This document shows positions 26,057 through 29,640 of a stretch of DNA of 29,640 nt, piece by piece. The stretch's first letter is position 1. The number at the start of each line of letters is the position of its first letter. Both the position numbers and the translations under genes were made by a program. The stretch covers positions 1 to 29,640 of IMG/VR virus record IMGVR_UViG_3300027704_000112; one strand, given 5' to 3'. The stretch comes from a virus. Its lineage: Duplodnaviria; Caudoviricetes. The notes beneath the pieces were generated by a model. It ran no database searches. It was not told where the DNA came from and saw nothing but the letters and a program-made list of their open reading frames with translations.

Positions 26057-27867
26057 GCGTAGAATTAAACGTAGAAACCAAAAAAGCGGAAAAAAACGTT
26101 GATGATTTAACTGGTGGAATCAAGAATTTAACCAAAGCAGTTGAAGATGGAAACGAACAAACCGCAGCCGGTTTAAAAAGCATTGAAGAAACTTCCAAAT
26201 CAACAGGAGAAGGGATTAAAGGTATTGGTAGTTCAATAAAAGCTGCCGGATTGGGATTGTTTTTAATTGCTTTAGAAAGCATGAAAGAATTGTTCATGCA
26301 AAATCAAATAGTAGCCGATGCAGTAGGTGGTGCTTTTGAGGGATTAGCTTTGGTTTTCAATGATGTGTTTGGATTGTTAACAAATGGACAGGAGAGTGTT
26401 CAAAAATTGGGGGATGCCTTCGATAAGTATTTTGGACAACCTATAAAAACTGCTACACAAGCCTTTGAAAAATTCGGTGATGCATTCAGCAAGATATTTG
26501 GTGGTGATTTTAGTGGTGCGTTAGAATCTGCTCAAGAAGGATTTAGTGGTTTAGGTGATGCAATATCACAAACTGGCAATGGTCTTGCAGAGGCTGCCAC
26601 AGATGCCGCAGAATATGCGGTTGACATAAAAGATGCAGCAGTTGCAAATGTTCAACTTGCAAAAGATGCACAAAAAGCTGAAGTAATAAATGCCGGTTTA
26701 CTTGAAAAGTACGACAGACAAGCAGAACAACAAAGGCAAATAAGGGATGAAGAAAGAAATTCAATTACAGATAGAATTGCAGCAAATGTAGAACTAGGAA
26801 GAATATTAGAAGAGCAGAACAAAAAAATGCTTGAAAATGCGAAGACAGTAGAAAGGGCAGCCCAAGTTGCATTTAATAGAAATAAAAGTTTAGAAAATGA
26901 AACCGCATTAATCGCGGCAAAGAATGAAGTGATGGCAGTAGAAGCCACCATTGAAGGCTTTAGATCAGAAAAACTAGCCAATGATCTAGCGCTTGATAGG
27001 GAAAGAGTAGAACTAATAAATACTGAAAAAGAATCTGTATCTAATTTAGGGTTTGAAAAAAGAAAGTTTGATGCGGAACAAGAACAAAGGGATACAATTA
27101 GAATTGAAAAACTAAAAGAAATAAACACAGAAGAAAGGGCATCAGAACAAGCAAGATTACAAGGAATAGTAGATGAAGCTAACATAGGAACACAAGCAAA
27201 GGTAGACGCACAAATTGCCTTAGATGAATTTATGCAAACCAGTAGACAAGAGTCTATCAGTTTGGATACAGAATATACTGAAGCAGTAGTTGCTGAAGAA
27301 CAAAAAAGAATAGATTCTAAATTAGCATTTATCGAAGCAGAAAGATCAGCAAAAGAAATGCAAATAGAAACGGCAAAATCTGTGTTTTCTGTAATTGCAC
27401 AAATAGGTGGTGAGAACGCAAAACTTCAAAAAGCATTACTTCTTGCAGATTCAGCTATGGGAATTGCTAGTATAATAATTAACACAAATGCAGCAAACGC
27501 AGCAGCAATTGCAAAATTTTCACTTGTTCCCGGTGGTGTTGCAATATCAGCAGGAATAATTGCTAAAAATAAAGTAAATGCAGCAATAGGAATTGCAAGT
27601 ACAATTGCATCAACCGCAACGGCATTACAAGCAATAGGTAAAGGAGGATCAGTAGCATCTAGTGCATCCATTCCATCCATGTCAACAGGGGGAGACAATG
27701 CAATAGAATCACAAGCACCCGAATTTAATATAGTAGGTACAAGTGGAGCAAATCAAATTGCAGATGTAGTTTCATCCCAAGCACCTATAAAAGCGTTTGT
27801 GGTTGCTAATGATGTTACAACGGCACAAGCATTAGATAGGAATATTGTAGAATCCGCAACACTGTAA
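26041..27867 (+). CDS. Tape measure protein
   Basis: 608 aa, Ala/Glu-rich helical with hydrophobic Ala/Gly/Ile segments near both ends. Confidence 0.75.
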   Translation: MAEEVSVELNVETKKAEKNVDDLTGGIKNLTKAVEDGNEQTAAGLKSIEETSKSTGEGIKGIGSSIKAAGLGLFLIALESMKELFMQNQIVADAVGGAFEGLALVFNDVFGLLTNGQESVQKLGDAFDKYFGQPIKTATQAFEKFGDAFSKIFGGDFSGALESAQEGFSGLGDAISQTGNGLAEAATDAAEYAVDIKDAAVANVQLAKDAQKAEVINAGLLEKYDRQAEQQRQIRDEERNSITDRIAANVELGRILEEQNKKMLENAKTVERAAQVAFNRNKSLENETALIAAKNEVMAVEATIEGFRSEKLANDLALDRERVELINTEKESVSNLGFEKRKFDAEQEQRDTIRIEKLKEINTEERASEQARLQGIVDEANIGTQAKVDAQIALDEFMQTSRQESISLDTEYTEAVVAEEQKRIDSKLAFIEAERSAKEMQIETAKSVFSVIAQIGGENAKLQKALLLADSAMGIASIIINTNAANAAAIAKFSLVPGGVAISAGIIAKNKVNAAIGIASTIASTATALQAIGKGGSVASSASIPSMSTGGDNAIESQAPEFNIVGTSGANQIADVVSSQAPIKAFVVANDVTTAQALDRNIVESATL

Positions 27868-27870
27868 ACA

Positions 27871-27898
27871 CAAAAACAAAATTTAAAAACGTTATATA
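27871..27898 (+). promoter_or_regulatory. Putative phage late promoter CAAAA-N14-CGTTATATA
   Basis: CAAAAA at 27871, CGTTATATA at 27890-27898, ATG at 27902. Confidence 0.75.
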
Positions 27899-27901
27899 GT
27901 T

Positions 27902-28798
27902 ATGAAAATAGTCGAATTATTTTTAGATGATAATGAAGAAAGCGGAATTGAAGCAATTAGTATAGTAGAATCACCTGCAATTGAAAGTGATTTTATTGCT
28001 TTAAAATCTGATGAAGTAAAACTTGCAGAAGTTGACAAAGAAAAAAAGATACTAATGGGTGCTTTGTTAATTCCAAACAAGCCGATTTACCGAAAAACAG
28101 AAGGTGAAGAGTACTATATTTATTTTTCAAAAGAAACTGTTTTAAAAGCCTCACAAAGGTACTTGATGAATGGCTATCAAGGCAATTCAACACTAGAACA
28201 TTCTGATAATTTAGAAGGTTTGACATTGGTTGAAAGTTGGATAGTAGAAGATGAAGTTCAAGATAAATCAAGGAAGTATGGATTGAATGCCCCAGTGGGG
28301 ACTTGGATGGGAACGATCAAAGTAAACAATGATGATGTTTGGAATGATTATGTAAAAACCGGAAAAGTAAAAGGATTTAGTATAGAAGGCTTTTTTGCCG
28401 ATAAAATAGAAGCACAAAAAATGAGTAAAGAAGAAAAAGAAGCAGAATTATTGCTAAGTAAAATCACAAACATTGTCAAAGGTGAAAGGGTTGAATTGGG
28501 TTTAATAGATGATTTAAAAAATTTACAAAAACAATCAACTAGTGCTTATTCTGATTATGTTGATGACATGGATGCGTCTAAAGGTTTTATGTCTAAGGCA
28601 ATAGATAAATCAACAAAAGCATCCAAAATGTTAAAAGAACAAATTAAACTTTATGACAATATAGAAAGTACATATAAGGAACTAGGTATTGATATGCCAA
28701 GTGAATTAAAAAAAGTAACACCAATTCCTGCATTGCAAATAACAGAAAAAGATTTATCTATGATGCAATCATTATACAAACAATTTAAGATAAAATAA
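27902..28798 (+). CDS. Prohead protease, XkdF-like, with helical C-terminal extension
   Basis: GALLIPNK.IYR, TLEH, VESWIV, GTWM and VKTGKVKGFSIEG motifs. Confidence 0.85.
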   Translation: MKIVELFLDDNEESGIEAISIVESPAIESDFIALKSDEVKLAEVDKEKKILMGALLIPNKPIYRKTEGEEYYIYFSKETVLKASQRYLMNGYQGNSTLEHSDNLEGLTLVESWIVEDEVQDKSRKYGLNAPVGTWMGTIKVNNDDVWNDYVKTGKVKGFSIEGFFADKIEAQKMSKEEKEAELLLSKITNIVKGERVELGLIDDLKNLQKQSTSAYSDYVDDMDASKGFMSKAIDKSTKASKMLKEQIKLYDNIESTYKELGIDMPSELKKVTPIPALQITEKDLSMMQSLYKQFKIK

Positions 28799-28810
28799 AA
28801 CACAAAAACG

Positions 28811-29245
28811 ATGAACATACAAAACAATTTACAAAACATACTAGACAAATTTCCTAAGAATAAAGTTGAATTAGCAACTCATAGGGTTGAATTAACAATT
28901 ATAATGGATATTGAAAAATATTTAAAAAGTGCTGAAGGTTATTTTGATGAGGCTATGAATTCTGAAGAGGAACTTTTAGAATACACTTCAGAAATAGAAG
29001 ATAAAAAAGATTTATTAAAAAGATCAATAGATGTTGCGAAGAGTGAAGTTGAATATTTAAAAACAGGAATAAAGGGTGATGTAGACGATATAAAAAACAG
29101 AGCATCAAAAGCAGCAGGAGAATTAGGAATTGATATTAAAGATATTAAAGGCATGAAAGAATTAGAAGGATTACTTCAAGAAGGAAAACTAGCTGCTAAA
29201 AATTTAGAAAATCAAATAAAATTTGCATCAAAAGTAGCTAAGTAA
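28811..29245 (+). CDS. Helical head-associated protein resembling the protease C-terminal extension
   Basis: RVEL..I.D..K...ELGID pattern also present in the protease tail. Confidence 0.6.
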   Translation: MNIQNNLQNILDKFPKNKVELATHRVELTIIMDIEKYLKSAEGYFDEAMNSEEELLEYTSEIEDKKDLLKRSIDVAKSEVEYLKTGIKGDVDDIKNRASKAAGELGIDIKDIKGMKELEGLLQEGKLAAKNLENQIKFASKVAK

Positions 29246-29467
29246 ATGCAAGGCATAAATCGTGATAGCGTAATACCTAGTAGATCATCACCTAAATCAA
29301 ATACTCGCGCTTGTTTGTGCGCAGATAAAGCGACATACTCAAGGGATTGTTGCGAAGGTGCTATAATGAATCAAGGCATTGGAAACGTTACAGGTAATTA
29401 TGTGAACCTAGCACAAGAAGATGATAATTTAATTCTTCAAGAAGACTATTCAACAATTTACACATAA
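29246..29467 (+). CDS. Small Cys-rich virion-associated protein
   Basis: 73 aa, SPK...RACLC.D..TYS..CC.G...QGIG, C-terminal LAQEDDNLILQED. Confidence 0.65.
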   Translation: MQGINRDSVIPSRSSPKSNTRACLCADKATYSRDCCEGAIMNQGIGNVTGNYVNLAQEDDNLILQEDYSTIYT

Positions 29468-29640
29468 TGGGAAATTTAAAAATAAGTGAATTACCAAATG
29501 CAACCGCATTAACAAATGGCGAATTATTGGTAGTTGTTCAAAGCAGCAGCACAAAACAATCAACGATTGGATCAATTAGTAATTACATAAATTCCATTTC
29601 ATTGACTGTAGCAGCAGGGCAAACAGTTAACTTGTCAGAC
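29467..29640 (+). CDS. 5' part of the junction-spanning structural gene (continues to 409)
   Basis: TAATG-coupled start; MGNLKISELPNATALTNGELLVVVQ... Confidence 0.75.
   Translation, partial: MGNLKISELPNATALTNGELLVVVQSSSTKQSTIGSISNYINSISLTVAAGQTVNLSD
29514..29640. repeat. Terminal direct repeat, copy 2 (circular assembly overlap)
   Basis: Identical to 1-127. Confidence 0.95.

Noticed and set aside
2122-29154. All minus-strand ORFs in the track
   Set aside because: Each lies antisense to a well-supported + strand gene, lacks recognisable motifs and shows shadow-frame composition.
1-29640. Stop-codon reassignment
   Set aside because: Core genes are full length under the standard code, and TAA, TGA and TAG all end genes.

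Overview
The window is an apparently complete, circularly assembled genome (about 29.5 kb) of an AT-rich tailed dsDNA phage, probably a siphovirus. Bases 1-127 repeat exactly at 29514-29640. All credible genes are on the + strand. A Bacteroidota (probably Flavobacteria-like) host is inferred from several TAnnTTTG -7 promoter elements and A-rich starts with no Shine-Dalgarno sequence. Modules are: head (XkdF-type protease, scaffold, capsid, extended portal), tail (major tail, frameshifted chaperone, baseplate-like proteins, tape measure, S74-chaperoned fibre), lysis (M15 peptidase, holin candidates), recombination/replication (NinG, ERF, SSB-like, AAA helicase, 5'-3' exonuclease), a DNA methyltransferase and terminase. 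I recognised no DNA polymerase, integrase, tRNA or CRISPR array. Main leads: (1) a phage ECF-like sigma factor with a five-copy late promoter, CAAAA-N14-CGTTATATA, that lies exactly 3 nt before ATG in four copies, suggesting leaderless late mRNAs; (2) a portal carrying a string of Cys/His mini-modules separated by possible protease sites; (3) a -1 frameshift at a T11 run with about 58 dual-coded codons; (4) a stand-alone 53-aa CxxCGS peptide; (5) two structured non-coding segments; (6) a CCGG excess with CCAG/CTGG deficit. All family calls come from motif recognition by eye, not database searches.
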